Notes: generated by a model not told the origin, from the sequence alone. A DNA stretch of 64,000 nt from an uncultured delta proteobacterium (GCA_963804165.1 CAWDPO010000010.1:32001-96000); one strand, 5' to 3'; counted from the stretch's first letter, positions 39,052 to 51,795 are shown. A program made the numbers and translations.

Positions 39052-39733
39052 ATGTTTGAAGGATTGACTCGCCGTTTTCGCCGATCATTTGGGCATCTTG
39101 TGTTTGGCGCGTTGGCCATCACATTTGTCCTGAATAGCGTGGAATGGGCACACGCCTTCACGGTCTTGGAGAACTTCGAGCGATATGATCCTAGCGGCTT
39201 TCCATTCAAGTGGCGCAGCCGCAGTAACGGGCGCGCAAGATTTACCGGGTTGACGCCGAGAACGGCAACCGCTTTCTGCGCGCCCAAGCCGACAAGCAAG
39301 GAGTCCAGATAGGCCTGAAATATGAGTTCGATCCCAGGCAGCAGCGCCGCTTAATCTGGCGCTGGCGGGTTCACCATTTGCTAGCGGACGCGATGAGCGC
39401 TCGGCTGAAAAACACGATGCCGCCGCCCAGGTTTACGTCGTATTCGACAATCAATACTGGCCGCGAGTGATTAAATACGTCTGGAGCGCGGCATTGCCGG
39501 TCGGCGCGCGTTTCACCAATCCGCTTTACAACCGTGGCAGAGTGGTCGTGTTACGCAGCAGTGCGACTGCCAAAAACCAATGGTACGACGAAGAGGTTAA
39601 TTTCCTTGATGATTACCGGAGATTCTTCGGTGCCGAACCCGGAAAAGTCCAGGGCATCGGTATCTTGACCAGTGCCGACTCCACCACAAACGTGGCAGCA
39701 GCGAACTACGACGACTTCGTGCTCCTCCCGTAG
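39052..39733 (+). CDS. DUF3047 family protein; frameshifted
   Basis: Fragments ENFE..FPFKW, WRWRV, DAAAQVYVVF, IKYVWS, DYRRFFGAEP..IGILTSADST. Confidence 0.7.
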
Positions 39734-39928
39734 AGAAACGTTGCTAGTGCTCCCCAGTTTGCCAATGCGGAAATCCTGCAGACCTCGCGGATTTTACCCA
39801 AAGTTAATTTGCCATTCACTCCGCCGTTTCATTGCGCAGGCAAATTCTGATCGGAATGAAAATAAAATAATGTTCACGATTTTAGCATGGACAAGATTGC
39901 CGCCGGATAAAAACAGCATCCAGCGGAG

Positions 39929-40945
39929 ATGGAATTGCACCTAAGCCAACACCAATACGTGCAGCGAGACACGGGACGCATCTGCTCAGAGCATCCATTC
40001 GGCGATTGGATTGTGAACTATGTTTATTCCCGCAAGCGTGAATACGCGGCGTTACTCTATCACCTCTTAGGGAGTCAATGGATGAGCGGACTACTCGGTT
40101 GGGTGAATTACGACTTTCCGCTCGGTCAAAATATTTTCGGAATACAGCGCTTCATGCGAAACAGCAGCATCGATTTAGCCGAATGCTTGGACAAACTTGA
40201 AACGCTCAACACCGCGAGGAAAGTCTTTGAGCGAAAAATTCGCTACTGGCAGCGCCGACCGATGACTGACAACCCGGCGGCAATCGTTTGCCCGGCGGAT
40301 TCGCGCGTCCTCATCGGCTCTCTGAAAGAAACTTCCTGTCTATTTCTAAAGGAAAAATTCTTTTCCATCGAGGAGCTGCTTGGCTCGACCAAGGCTCACT
40401 GGCTCAAAGCATTTCGCGGCGGCGATTTTGTGATCTGCAGACTCACCCCAGAAAAATATCACTATAATCATACTCCGGTGGCAGGAATCGTCCGTGATTT
40501 TTACGAATGCGACGGCCACTTTCACTCTTGCAATCCCGGCTCGATCGTTAGATTGGCGACGCCGTACTCCAAAAACAATCGGGTCGTCACGGTAATCGAC
40601 ACCGATGTCGACGGCGGCACCCGCGTAGGATTGTCGTCATGGTGGAAGTCGTCGCCTTGATGATCGGCGACGTCGCCCAGTCTTACAGCCGTTCCGAATA
40701 TAGCAATCCGCAGCCTGTATCTGTGGGAATGTTTCTCCATCGCGGCTGTCCCAAAAGCGTTTTTCGTCCGGGCAGCAGCACCACCGTATTGCTGTTTCAA
40801 GAAAACCACGTGATTTTTTCCGAAGACCTGATTCGTAATCTATACCGCACCGATTGTGAGCCGTTATTCGCAAGGACTGGGCAGGCCGTTGGCCGAGACC
40901 GACACAAAAGTCCGCTCTACGAAGAGTAAAGGAGGGCCCGCATGA
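39929..40945 (+). CDS. psd: Phosphatidylserine decarboxylase family protein; frameshifts near 40630 and 40855
   Basis: FERKIR, CPADSR, RLTPEKYHYNHTPVAG, EVVALMIG, FRPGSSTTVLLF; corrected frame ends in an ATGA overlap with the next gene. Confidence 0.8.
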
Positions 40946-41997
40946 TCTCTAACGAAGCATTCGTGCTGTCCTTGGGGTTATTTTTGTCGGGCATGGTGAG
41001 CTGGGCATTCAAGCGTTTGCCCGACGAGCGCTGGCAGTTCCTCGCTTCCGTGCCGATGATGAAGGACACCAGCGGTCGCTGGCATGGGCTCAATTTCACC
41101 TACTACGGGCTGCTTACCGCCAATGCCCTGGTTTTCGGCGTGGCGCTAATGATCATTCTCTTCAGCGCGCTACAAGTTCCGATCATCATCACCTTCGCGG
41201 TCATCTTCAGCGTGCTCGCGGTCTGTTTGCCCGCTGCGCGATGGGTCGCGATGCTCGTCGAAGGCAAACAATGCACCTTCACCATTGCCGGAGCATTCTT
41301 CGTCGGCATTTTCGTGGCGCCATTTGTTCTGTATTTTTTGAATTCTTCTTTGCTCTGGGCAGGCTACCCAGCGGTGCCGATCGTGCCGGCTTTGGCCGCC
41401 ATCATGATCGCTTATGCTTTCAGCGAGGGGCTCGGTCGCCTGGCTTGTATCAGTTTCGGCTGTTGCTACGGCGTGGCCGTGCTCGACGCGCACCCGTTTC
41501 TGCGGCGCATGTTTGACCGCTGGCATTTCGTTTTTTCCGGCAACATGAAGAAAATTTCTTACGCTAGCGGCTTGGAGGGAAAACAGGTCGTGCCGATCCA
41601 AGCAATCACTTGTTTGCTCTATAACGGAGTCGGCTTGGCTGCGACGCTGATGTTTCTCCACGGCAACTACGCGCCGGCATTTCTTTCCAGTATGGCGGTG
41701 ACACAGGGCTGGCGCGCTCTTTCCGAAATTCTGCGCGCAGATTATCGCGGCGACGGAAAAATCACCACTTACCAAGTGATGGGCATCTTGGCGATCGCAT
41801 TCGCGGCCGCAATCGTTACCGTAATACCAACCGAGCGCGGCGGCGCTCCAGATTTGTCGGCCGGCATCGAAGCCATCTGGCGCCCCGAGGTGCTTCTCTT
41901 GCTCCAAGCGCTCTGGACCATCGTCTTCATCATGTTCGGGAAAAGCATGGTGACCGGAGCGCAGATATCCTTTCATCTCCGCGAAGACCGTATTTAA
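40942..41997 (+). CDS. Prolipoprotein diacylglyceryl transferase (Lgt)-like membrane protein
   Basis: Multi-TM; TYYG, GLGRLACISFGCCYG, PIQ, SEILRAD, YQ motifs. Confidence 0.7.
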   Translation: MISNEAFVLSLGLFLSGMVSWAFKRLPDERWQFLASVPMMKDTSGRWHGLNFTYYGLLTANALVFGVALMIILFSALQVPIIITFAVIFSVLAVCLPAARWVAMLVEGKQCTFTIAGAFFVGIFVAPFVLYFLNSSLLWAGYPAVPIVPALAAIMIAYAFSEGLGRLACISFGCCYGVAVLDAHPFLRRMFDRWHFVFSGNMKKISYASGLEGKQVVPIQAITCLLYNGVGLAATLMFLHGNYAPAFLSSMAVTQGWRALSEILRADYRGDGKITTYQVMGILAIAFAAAIVTVIPTERGGAPDLSAGIEAIWRPEVLLLLQALWTIVFIMFGKSMVTGAQISFHLREDRI

Positions 41998-42074
41998 ACT
42001 CATGTCTTAACGAACGACCTCCCTTCATGCAATCCGATGTGGAAATGGAAATGCCGAGCTGCTGTAGGTGCTGG

Positions 42075-44088
<2,014 letters not shown>

Positions 44089-44133
44089 TCAAGACAAAAG
44101 CATAAAATATGCTATATTGCTATGCACCTAGCC

Positions 44134-44517
44134 ATGCGCTTCCGCTTCCGCATAACCGTACCCCAGCGTTGGCCAATTTATGTTTTTGGCGCGCTCATCG
44201 TCGTGTTCTCTTTGGTCACCATCGTTGGTAAGCATGGAGCACTGCATCTTTGGCGGCTGCGCGGGGAAAAGGATCGACTTGATGAGCAGAATTTTCGCAT
44301 GCAAAAGGAAAATGCCATCCTGCGACAGCGCGTTTATCGGATCCGCAACGACGATGCGTTTCTTGAAAAGCTAGCCCGGGAGGAGCTCAATTTGGTCCGG
44401 CCGGGTGAAGTGGTCTATCGCTTCCCGAGCCAGGGGAAAAGCGGTGCTGCGCGCCAGGGAATTAGCGGCTCTCCTTCCGGGTCGCGCCCGTCAGCGGCAC
44501 GAAAAGAACCGCGTTAA
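44134..44517 (+). CDS. ftsB: Septum formation initiator (FtsB/DivIC)
   Basis: TM, G..G, coiled coil, LEKLAREELNLVRPGE. Confidence 0.85.
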   Translation: MRFRFRITVPQRWPIYVFGALIVVFSLVTIVGKHGALHLWRLRGEKDRLDEQNFRMQKENAILRQRVYRIRNDDAFLEKLAREELNLVRPGEVVYRFPSQGKSGAARQGISGSPSGSRPSAARKEPR

Positions 44518-45241
44518 AATCCTCGATGATCGGCTTCCCCGCTGATTTTCTGGCCCGGATTAGTCTTTGATTCCGCTCCCCTTCTCCCAACGGCATCACC
44601 AATCGTCCACCTTCGCGAAGTTGTCGCCAAAGCGGTGCGGGAATCTTGGGTGCGGCCGCGGTCACGAGAATCGCGTCGAAAGGGCCTTGTTCCTCCCAAC
44701 CGTAAAATCCGTCGCCAACTTTGAGCCGGACGTTATTGTAGCCTAGATCTTCTAAGACTTTTTTTGCACGCCCGCTTAGGATCGGCAATATTTCTATAGA
44801 AAACACCTCGGCTACAAGCCTGGCCAGCAGCGCTGTTTGGTAGCCCGATCCGGTGCCGATTTCCAGCACTCTTTCATTCGATCGGAGTTCCAACAGCTCG
44901 GTCATCAAGGCAACGACGTAAGGCTGCGAGATGGTCTGACCTTCACCGATGACCAGCGGGCGATCCTCGTAAGCCGAAGATCGCTGCCGCTCGGGCACGA
45001 ACAGATGTCGCGGAATCGAGTCAATCGCCGCCAGTACTCGCTCATCCTTGATCCCTCGCCCGCGTAGATCACGGGAAACCATTGTGCGGCGTTGCGGCGC
45101 AAATGCGTCCTCGTGTTGCGGCGCGCGCGGGTTTAACTGCGCGGTTTGCACCGGAAAACTGATAAACGCACTGACGGCGATAACCGCAATGAGCAGGAAA
45201 CGTCTAGGGTGTGTCCTTGAATACGAAATGATAATACTCAT
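44462..45241 (-). CDS. pcm: Protein-L-isoaspartate O-methyltransferase
   Basis: PRHLFVP, GQTISQPY, VLEIGTGSGYQ, PFDAILVTAA; start uncertain. Confidence 0.92.
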   Translation of the reverse strand: MSIIISYSRTHPRRFLLIAVIAVSAFISFPVQTAQLNPRAPQHEDAFAPQRRTMVSRDLRGRGIKDERVLAAIDSIPRHLFVPERQRSSAYEDRPLVIGEGQTISQPYVVALMTELLELRSNERVLEIGTGSGYQTALLARLVAEVFSIEILPILSGRAKKVLEDLGYNNVRLKVGDGFYGWEEQGPFDAILVTAAAPKIPAPLWRQLREGGRLVMPLGEGERNQRLIRARKSAGKPIIEDFNAVLFVPLTGATRKESR

Positions 45242-45590
45242 CCATGTCCATTAGGTCGTCGAGTTTGGAGCCGTCTTGCAAACGAACCTCGATCAACCAC
45301 CCTTCACTGTATGGATCCTCGTTAATGATCGAAGTGTGATTGTCGAGATGCGGATTGACAGCCAGGACGGTGCCCGATATCGGCGAGACGAACTCATGAA
45401 CGGTGGATACGGATTCGATCTCGGCGAAGACTTCGCCTTCCTCGATCTTATCGCCGATGTCGGGAAGCTCAACGGAAATCACCGTACCCAGGGCGCCTTG
45501 AATATAATTGGTCAGACCGAGAAAAACATGTTGGTCGTCGACCCCGACCCAGACATGTTGTTCGCTGACTTTGACTTCCTTTTCGGCCAT
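45204..45590 (-). CDS. Glycine cleavage H-like protein lacking the lipoyl lysine
   Basis: HVWV, GLTNY..LG, VELP..G, ESVST (canonical ESVK), SPISG, INEDPYSEGWL. Confidence 0.8.
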   Translation of the reverse strand: MAEKEVKVSEQHVWVGVDDQHVFLGLTNYIQGALGTVISVELPDIGDKIEEGEVFAEIESVSTVHEFVSPISGTVLAVNPHLDNHTSIINEDPYSEGWLIEVRLQDGSKLDDLMDMDEYYHFVFKDTP

Positions 45591-45776
45591 ATTTTTTAAT
45601 TCCACTATAGGGCGTGCCAACTTGCTGTCAAGGGAGTAACGCTGCGATCGCATCATCGGTTGAACTTGACAACCTTGGCGCATTCGCAGTAGCGATGAGG
45701 ACATGGATCGGGTTCGTCGCGTTCTTCGTTGAGGGTGTGCGGAAGCCCCGTACCACTGGATTCTTTGCGATAAGAA

Positions 45777-46289
45777 ATGGAGACTTTGGACACAAAAGCG
45801 CCGGCGGCGGCCATCGTCGCCGGCCTTAAGAACGCCGGTGTCGACTTCGTGGCGACTCTGCCCGACGAGAAAATGCTGGAACTGATCCGCGCAGTGGAAA
45901 ATGATCCGGGGCTGAAGCACGTGCCGCTTTGCCGCGAGGAAGAAGGCATCGGCATTTGCGCCGGAGCTTATCTCGCGGGAAAGAAAACTGCGATCATCAT
46001 GCAGAACGCGGGTTTCTTAAACAGCTGCAACGCGCTTACCACCACATCGTTGCAGTTTCAGATCCCGATCTTAATGTTGATTTATTATGCCGGCGACATC
46101 GGCGATCGCGGTTTTACCACCCTCGGAACGGTTACGGAACCCGTGCTGCAAGCTATGGGTTTTCGCACCTACGTATTACGCAAAAAAGATGAGATCGACA
46201 CGACTTTGCGCGGGGCGCAAATCCTGGCCGAAGACTCCAAACGACCGGTCGCGGTGCTTTTGACCAAAAGCGTGCTTGGTGTAAAGTGA
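45777..46289 (+). CDS. Sulfopyruvate/phosphonopyruvate decarboxylase alpha-like subunit
   Basis: LPDE, REEEGIGICAGAYLAGKK, MQNAG..N..NAL. Confidence 0.82.
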   Translation: METLDTKAPAAAIVAGLKNAGVDFVATLPDEKMLELIRAVENDPGLKHVPLCREEEGIGICAGAYLAGKKTAIIMQNAGFLNSCNALTTTSLQFQIPILMLIYYAGDIGDRGFTTLGTVTEPVLQAMGFRTYVLRKKDEIDTTLRGAQILAEDSKRPVAVLLTKSVLGVK

Positions 46290-46888
46290 AACAGCGTTAC
46301 GATTACTTGAAGGTCGTCGCGACTGACGCGGCCGATGCCCTGACCGTTTGCACGGGGTGGGGCGCGCGCGAGTGGTGGGCGGTGCGCCCGAGCGACGGCA
46401 ATCTCAAGACTCGCACACTGGGATTAGTCTCGTCCATCGCCGCCGGTCTCGCCATGGCTCTGCCGCATCGCAAAGTTATCGCCATCGATGGCGACGGGGC
46501 ATTTCTCATGAATCTTTGCGGCCTGCCAACCATCGCGCTACAGAATCCGGGCAATCTCATACATCTGCTGTTCGACAACGAAGTCTACGAAGCTTCCGGC
46601 GGCACGGCCACCGCGTCGCGTAATTCTGACGCCGTCATGATCGCCAAAGGCGCGGGTTACAAGCATGCCATGTGGGTAAAGACGACGGAAGAATTTCGCG
46701 CGGAGTTTGTGAGCGCTTGGAATCGCAACGAGTTGACATTGATCGCGGCGAAAATCAAACCCGGCCAGCCGAAAGACCTTCCGTCGCTCAAAATGGATGA
46801 AATCGAGAACAAGTATCGCTTCATTCGCTACCTGGAAGCGACGGAGAAGAAGGGAATTTTGAATCCCGGTTTTGATTCGAAATTGTGA
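46286..46888 (+). CDS. Sulfopyruvate/phosphonopyruvate decarboxylase beta-like subunit
   Basis: GTGA overlap with alpha; DGDGAFLMNL, FDNEVYEASGG. Confidence 0.82.
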   Translation: MKQRYDYLKVVATDAADALTVCTGWGAREWWAVRPSDGNLKTRTLGLVSSIAAGLAMALPHRKVIAIDGDGAFLMNLCGLPTIALQNPGNLIHLLFDNEVYEASGGTATASRNSDAVMIAKGAGYKHAMWVKTTEEFRAEFVSAWNRNELTLIAAKIKPGQPKDLPSLKMDEIENKYRFIRYLEATEKKGILNPGFDSKL

Positions 46889-46890
46889 AG

Positions 46891-47925
46891 TTATTTGAAG
46901 CGAAACCGCGACGGTTCGGCTTTAATCGGGTTGACACCGTCCCCCTGCGCTTTTCTGGATTCTTTCGCGAGACGGGCCATTTCCGCGCGCGATATCTTAC
47001 CATCGCGACGCGGTAAGCCCAGCCAGTTCCATTGGTCCGGATAATCTCGAATGGCCGCCTCGATGTAGCGAGTGAACACCGCCGTGGTGGCGACAACTCC
47101 TTTATCGAGATTTTCGCGCGCGATCGGGGTAATCGGCGCGCCCACCGTAAGAACGACCGAATTGTCGAATCTCCGTGTCGCGAACATGGGTAAAGTCACC
47201 GCTCCCGTGCGCAGCGCCAGCGTCGCCGGGCCGCGTGGCGCTGGCACTTTCATGCCGAAAAAATCAACCTTCACGTCGCCGGATTTAAACTCATCGGCGA
47301 TGATTAATACGATTCGGTTTTCGCGCAACGCCTTTAGAATGCTGCGCACGGCATCGCGACGAGGTTTGGCGGAAATTGTGTGGATGCCGATTTGTGCGCG
47401 ATAGTCGTCTGTCACTTTGGCAAACCGTGCGTCGGCCGGATGCTTCACGACCACGCTAAAGGGATAACCGCTCGCCGCCAGTCGTGCGCCGATCATCGTG
47501 AAGGTCCCCAGGTGCGCGCTTAAGGCAAGAACGCCCTTGCCCTTTTCGAGCGCGCGTCGGATATGTTCCTCTCCTTCCAAGGTGACCGTCGCAATGATGC
47601 GTGCCTTGGAGAAATGCATCACGCTTGCGGTATCCAGCACACCGCGGGCAAAATTCAGCCATGCGCGCCATGTGAGCTCTTTCTGCTTTTCGCGGTCTGG
47701 AACTTCTTTAGCCAATCCCGACGCGATGTTCTCTCCCATCCTTTTGCGGTAATCGCGCATAAATACATAGGTCGCATGCGCCATAAACCGCATAAAGCCC
47801 ACCACCAGCCAGTGGGGAACATACGGCAAACAACCGATAAAGCCCCTCAGTGCATATTCACCGCAGCGGTAACGAAAACTGTATAGCAATCCTCGGAAAG
47901 TTACTCCGCTCGCTTTTCTAGCCAT
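46891..47925 (-). CDS. Lipid A lauroyl / lysophospholipid acyltransferase family (LpxL-like)
   Basis: GKGVLALSAHLG, VDFFG, GPATLALRTGA, IRDYPDQWNW. Confidence 0.82.
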   Translation of the reverse strand: MARKASGVTFRGLLYSFRYRCGEYALRGFIGCLPYVPHWLVVGFMRFMAHATYVFMRDYRKRMGENIASGLAKEVPDREKQKELTWRAWLNFARGVLDTASVMHFSKARIIATVTLEGEEHIRRALEKGKGVLALSAHLGTFTMIGARLAASGYPFSVVVKHPADARFAKVTDDYRAQIGIHTISAKPRRDAVRSILKALRENRIVLIIADEFKSGDVKVDFFGMKVPAPRGPATLALRTGAVTLPMFATRRFDNSVVLTVGAPITPIARENLDKGVVATTAVFTRYIEAAIRDYPDQWNWLGLPRRDGKISRAEMARLAKESRKAQGDGVNPIKAEPSRFRFK

Positions 47926-48039
47926 GCCGTATCTATGAATTCCTTTGCGAGGCATTTCAAGGCGAATTTTAGTCAAAATAATGGGCGGTGACAGACGGGG
48001 TCCGTCACCGCCCGCGGAAGTTGCAATGTTAGGGTTATC

Positions 48040-48507
48040 CTATCGACCGGCCGCCCTTCGCAATCGCTGTCCCGACCTGCGAGAGATCGCCATGCCACGT
48101 TTGTGTTTTTTCGGCCGCACCGAAAGCTGGTAGACCTTGGCTTGGGTGCGTTGCGCCAAGGCCTTGTCCTTCCACGTGACCATTCCCCGACGAAGATAGT
48201 CGGGATGCAATCCCAAAGCTTCACAGACGCTGTCGAAAGCGAATATTCCCTCGCCGGCGACCTCCATAATCCAATCTTCGGACTCGCGAAACAACGCTTT
48301 GCCTTTACTATCCTGAGCGAAGACGTACTTTTGAAAACACGCTATGGCGTCTTCCAAAATCGCCAGCATGAGCTTTTTTTCCGGCTCCAAATGCAGCTTG
48401 CGCCGAAACGTATCGAGATACTGATCCGGCAAAAGCGTGTCCGGTTGAAATAGCGAAGTCACGCGTTCTTCCATGCTAAGTCCAGTGTCGTAACTCATAA
48501 TCACCAC
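48040..48507 (-). CDS. Hypothetical protein
   Basis: RBS GGAGG; clean 155-aa ORF (PEKKLMLAILEDAI...FDSVCEALGL). Confidence 0.7.
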   Translation of the reverse strand: MVIMSYDTGLSMEERVTSLFQPDTLLPDQYLDTFRRKLHLEPEKKLMLAILEDAIACFQKYVFAQDSKGKALFRESEDWIMEVAGEGIFAFDSVCEALGLHPDYLRRGMVTWKDKALAQRTQAKVYQLSVRPKKHKRGMAISRRSGQRLRRAAGR

Positions 48508-48561
48508 CTCCCGTTTGGGTGCGGCCTAATTCCAGACGAATGGAAAAATCATTCATCATGA

Positions 48562-49017
48562 TCACGCCGCACTCGAAAGAGAAGAAGAGCCAATCAACTC
48601 CTTGCAGGCGGGTTGCCGCAAGGCCGCAATCGTGGTCCGACTGAGTACTTCGGTAATACTTCGCTGCACCTCACTCCACACTCCGATCATCGTGCAACGG
48701 GGCAGCTGGTCGCAGCTCAATTCATCGTCCAGGCAAACGTTGACCGCGATCGGTCCTTCGATCGCCTCTATGACGTCATAGAACGAAATTGCGTCTGCTG
48801 GTCGCGCCAACGTGTACCCGCCCAGAGAACCCCTTTTCGACTTGATCAGCCCGCCGCGAATCAAGTCCTGAATTATCTTTTCCAAAAATTTTCGCGGCAC
48901 CCCCTGGTGCTTGGCGATTTCCGCAATGGAGCAGCATTTCTCCGGGTCTTGATCCGACAAGTAAATCACCGCGCGTAATCCATAATCGACCCGTCGAGGA
49001 ATCTGCATGAGACCCAT
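48562..49017 (-). CDS. Rrf2 family transcriptional regulator (IscR-like, three Cys)
   Basis: DYGLRA, FLEKI, SKRGSLGGY.L, IEAIEG, C..C..C. Confidence 0.9.
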   Translation of the reverse strand: MGLMQIPRRVDYGLRAVIYLSDQDPEKCCSIAEIAKHQGVPRKFLEKIIQDLIRGGLIKSKRGSLGGYTLARPADAISFYDVIEAIEGPIAVNVCLDDELSCDQLPRCTMIGVWSEVQRSITEVLSRTTIAALRQPACKELIGSSSLSSAA

Positions 49018-49021
49018 AGCT

Positions 49022-50248
49022 TTACCCCCTTGCCCTGATCGCGCCGGCACCTGCTTGTCCTTCGGATCGCGCCTGCTGTGAGCTTCGCAGCCTACCCAAA
49101 GCCGAAAGCCCCTCTAAGCGTTGGACGATCGTCGGCATCCTTTCGTTCACATAACGAATCTCGTCTTCGGTATTAAATCGACTCAAGCTGAAGCGCACCG
49201 CGCCCTGGAGCCAATCATCCGGCACTTTCATTGCGCGCAGCACGTGAGAGGGCTCTGATGAGCCGGCGGTGCACGCCGAGCCGGTGGACGCGCAGATACC
49301 TTGTTGGTCTAGCAGCACCAGGATCGATTCGCCTTCCAGATAGCGAAAGCTGACGTTCGAAGTGTTCGGCAAACGATTTTGCCCTTGACCATTGACCCGG
49401 CTACCCGGACAGGATCGAAGCAGCAAGTCTTCCAGTTGATCGCGCAACTGTTTAACACGAATCGAATCCTCGGCCATATGGCCAAGCGCGATCTCGGCAG
49501 CTTTGCCCATGCCGATAATCGCCGCGACATTTTCAGTGCCGGCGCGGCGATTGCGCTCCTGATGGCCACCGATCATAAACGGTGGAAACGTTAGACCACG
49601 CCGCACGTAGAGCGCGCCAACCCCTTTCGGCGCATAAAATTTATGGCCTGAAACCGTGAGCAAATCGATGGGTAGATCTTTAACCTTTAACAGGAGCTTG
49701 CCGGCAGCTTGCACCGCATCGACATGAAACGGTATTCCTTTCGGTCGAACGATCGCGCCAATTTCTTCGACCGGAAAAATCACGCCGGTTTCATTGTTCG
49801 CCCACATGATCGACACCAGCGCAGTGTCGTCGGTCAACGCCGAGCGAAGCTCGTCAAGATTCAGCGCGCCGTTTTCATCCACACCCAACCACGTTATCCG
49901 GTAACCCTTCTTCTCCAAGTGCTGACACAATCCCAACACTGCTGGATGCTCGACTTGAGTCGTCACGATGTGGCGCTTGCCCGGCCGTGCTTCGAGCATA
50001 CCGCGGATCGCCGCGTTGTCTCCTTCAGTCCCGCAGCTAGTGAAAACCACTTCGATGGGATCAGCCGCGCCGATCAGGGCGCCAACTTGTGCCCGGGCAT
50101 CGGCGATCTTTTGCCCAACTGCGCTGCCGAACCGATGGATGCTCGACGGATTGCCGTAGAATTCCGTCAGATACGGCAACATCGCCTCAGCAACCTCGGG
50201 GAGTACCCGGGTCGTCGCGTTGTTATCGAAATAAATCTCGCCTGCCAT
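49022..50248 (-). CDS. nifS: Cysteine desulfurase, NifS-type
   Basis: YFDNNATT, GNPSS, FTSCGTE, SGHK, STGSACTAGS. Confidence 0.88.
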   Translation of the reverse strand: MAGEIYFDNNATTRVLPEVAEAMLPYLTEFYGNPSSIHRFGSAVGQKIADARAQVGALIGAADPIEVVFTSCGTEGDNAAIRGMLEARPGKRHIVTTQVEHPAVLGLCQHLEKKGYRITWLGVDENGALNLDELRSALTDDTALVSIMWANNETGVIFPVEEIGAIVRPKGIPFHVDAVQAAGKLLLKVKDLPIDLLTVSGHKFYAPKGVGALYVRRGLTFPPFMIGGHQERNRRAGTENVAAIIGMGKAAEIALGHMAEDSIRVKQLRDQLEDLLLRSCPGSRVNGQGQNRLPNTSNVSFRYLEGESILVLLDQQGICASTGSACTAGSSEPSHVLRAMKVPDDWLQGAVRFSLSRFNTEDEIRYVNERMPTIVQRLEGLSALGRLRSSQQARSEGQAGAGAIRARG

Positions 50249-50318
50249 AAAATTCTACGTATCGACGTATGAATTAGATTTACGTGAACCTGTTCACCCT
50301 AAAACCGAGCCCGTGCGG

Positions 50319-51779
50319 TTAGCCGACGCTTCCCTCCAGGCTCACACCCAGAAGCTTTTGCGCCTCGACCGCGAACTCCATGGGCAATTCTTTGAATACC
50401 TGCTTGCAAAAACCATTGACGATCATATTGACCGCGTCTTCGGTGGAAATACCGCGCTGCCGGCAGTAAAACAACTGATCCTCGCCTATCTTCGAGGTCG
50501 ATGCTTCATGCTCAACCTGCGAAGCGTTATTGAGCACTTCCAGATACGGAAATGTGTGCGCGCCGCATTTGTCACCCAGTAACAACGAATCACACTGCGA
50601 GTAGTTCCGTGCGCCGGCCGCGCCTTTCATGATCTTCACCAATCCGCGATAAGTGTTTTGACCGTGGCCCGCGGAAATCCCCTTGGAAATGATCGTGCTT
50701 TTGGTGTTCTTGCCGATATGAATCATCTTCGTGCCCGTATCGGCTTGCTGGTAATTGTTCGTCAGCGCCACCGAATAAAACTCGCCGATGGAGTCGTCGC
50801 CCTGCAAAAGACAGCTCGGATACTTCCATGTAATCGCCGAACCGGTCTCAACCTGCGTCCATGAAATCTTCGAGCGCTCGCCCAAGCACTTGCCGCGCTT
50901 GGTGACGAAATTGTAGATGCCGCCCCTACCCTCAGCGTCGCCGGGGTACCAGTTTTGCACTGTGGAATACTTGATCTGCGCGTCGCGATGCGCGATGAGC
51001 TCCACCACCGCGGCGTGCAACTGGTTTTTATCGCGCATCGGCGCGGTACAACCCTCGAGATAACTTACCGTCGCGCCTTCTTCGGCGACGATCAGCGTGC
51101 GCTCGAATTGACCGGTCTCCGCGGCATTGATGCGGAAATAGGTCGACAGTTCCATCGGACAGCGCACTCCCTTTGGAATGTAGCAAAACGAACCATCGCT
51201 AAACACCGCGGAATTGAGCGACGCGAAGAAATTATCCGTGTAGGGCACCACGGAACCCAAATATTTCTGCACCAGCTCCGGATGATTCTGCACTGCTTCG
51301 GAGAAAGAACAGAAAATGACTCCCAACTCGGCGAGCTTTCCTTTGAACGTCGTTGCTACCGAGACGCTATCGAACACCGCATCGACGGCAACGCCGGCCA
51401 GAGATTCCTGTTCCTTGAGAGGTATACCCAACTTCTCATACATCTTGAGCAGCTCAGGATCGACCTCTTCCAGACTCTTCGGTCCGTCCGTCTTCGATTT
51501 CGGCGCCGAATAATAACGGATCGCCTGGTAGTCGATGGGCGGATAATGCACCATCGCCCACTTCGGTTCGGCCTCAGATTTTTCCAGCTTCGCCCAGTGG
51601 CGGTAAGCTTTGAGCCGCCATTCGAGCATGAACTCCGGCTCGTTCTTTTTGGCGGATATGAAGCGAATAATTTCTTCGTTCAATCCGGGAGGAACGGTAT
51701 CGGCTTCAATGTCGGTGACGAACCCATACTTGTACTCGCGCCGGGTCAGATCTTCGACCGTGTTCGTGGCTGTTTTCAT
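50319..51779 (-). CDS. sufB: Fe-S cluster assembly protein SufB
   Basis: [50 protein letters not shown]. Confidence 0.96.
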   Translation of the reverse strand: MKTATNTVEDLTRREYKYGFVTDIEADTVPPGLNEEIIRFISAKKNEPEFMLEWRLKAYRHWAKLEKSEAEPKWAMVHYPPIDYQAIRYYSAPKSKTDGPKSLEEVDPELLKMYEKLGIPLKEQESLAGVAVDAVFDSVSVATTFKGKLAELGVIFCSFSEAVQNHPELVQKYLGSVVPYTDNFFASLNSAVFSDGSFCYIPKGVRCPMELSTYFRINAAETGQFERTLIVAEEGATVSYLEGCTAPMRDKNQLHAAVVELIAHRDAQIKYSTVQNWYPGDAEGRGGIYNFVTKRGKCLGERSKISWTQVETGSAITWKYPSCLLQGDDSIGEFYSVALTNNYQQADTGTKMIHIGKNTKSTIISKGISAGHGQNTYRGLVKIMKGAAGARNYSQCDSLLLGDKCGAHTFPYLEVLNNASQVEHEASTSKIGEDQLFYCRQRGISTEDAVNMIVNGFCKQVFKELPMEFAVEAQKLLGVSLEGSVG

Positions 51780-51795
51780 AATCTGTTACCTTCTC

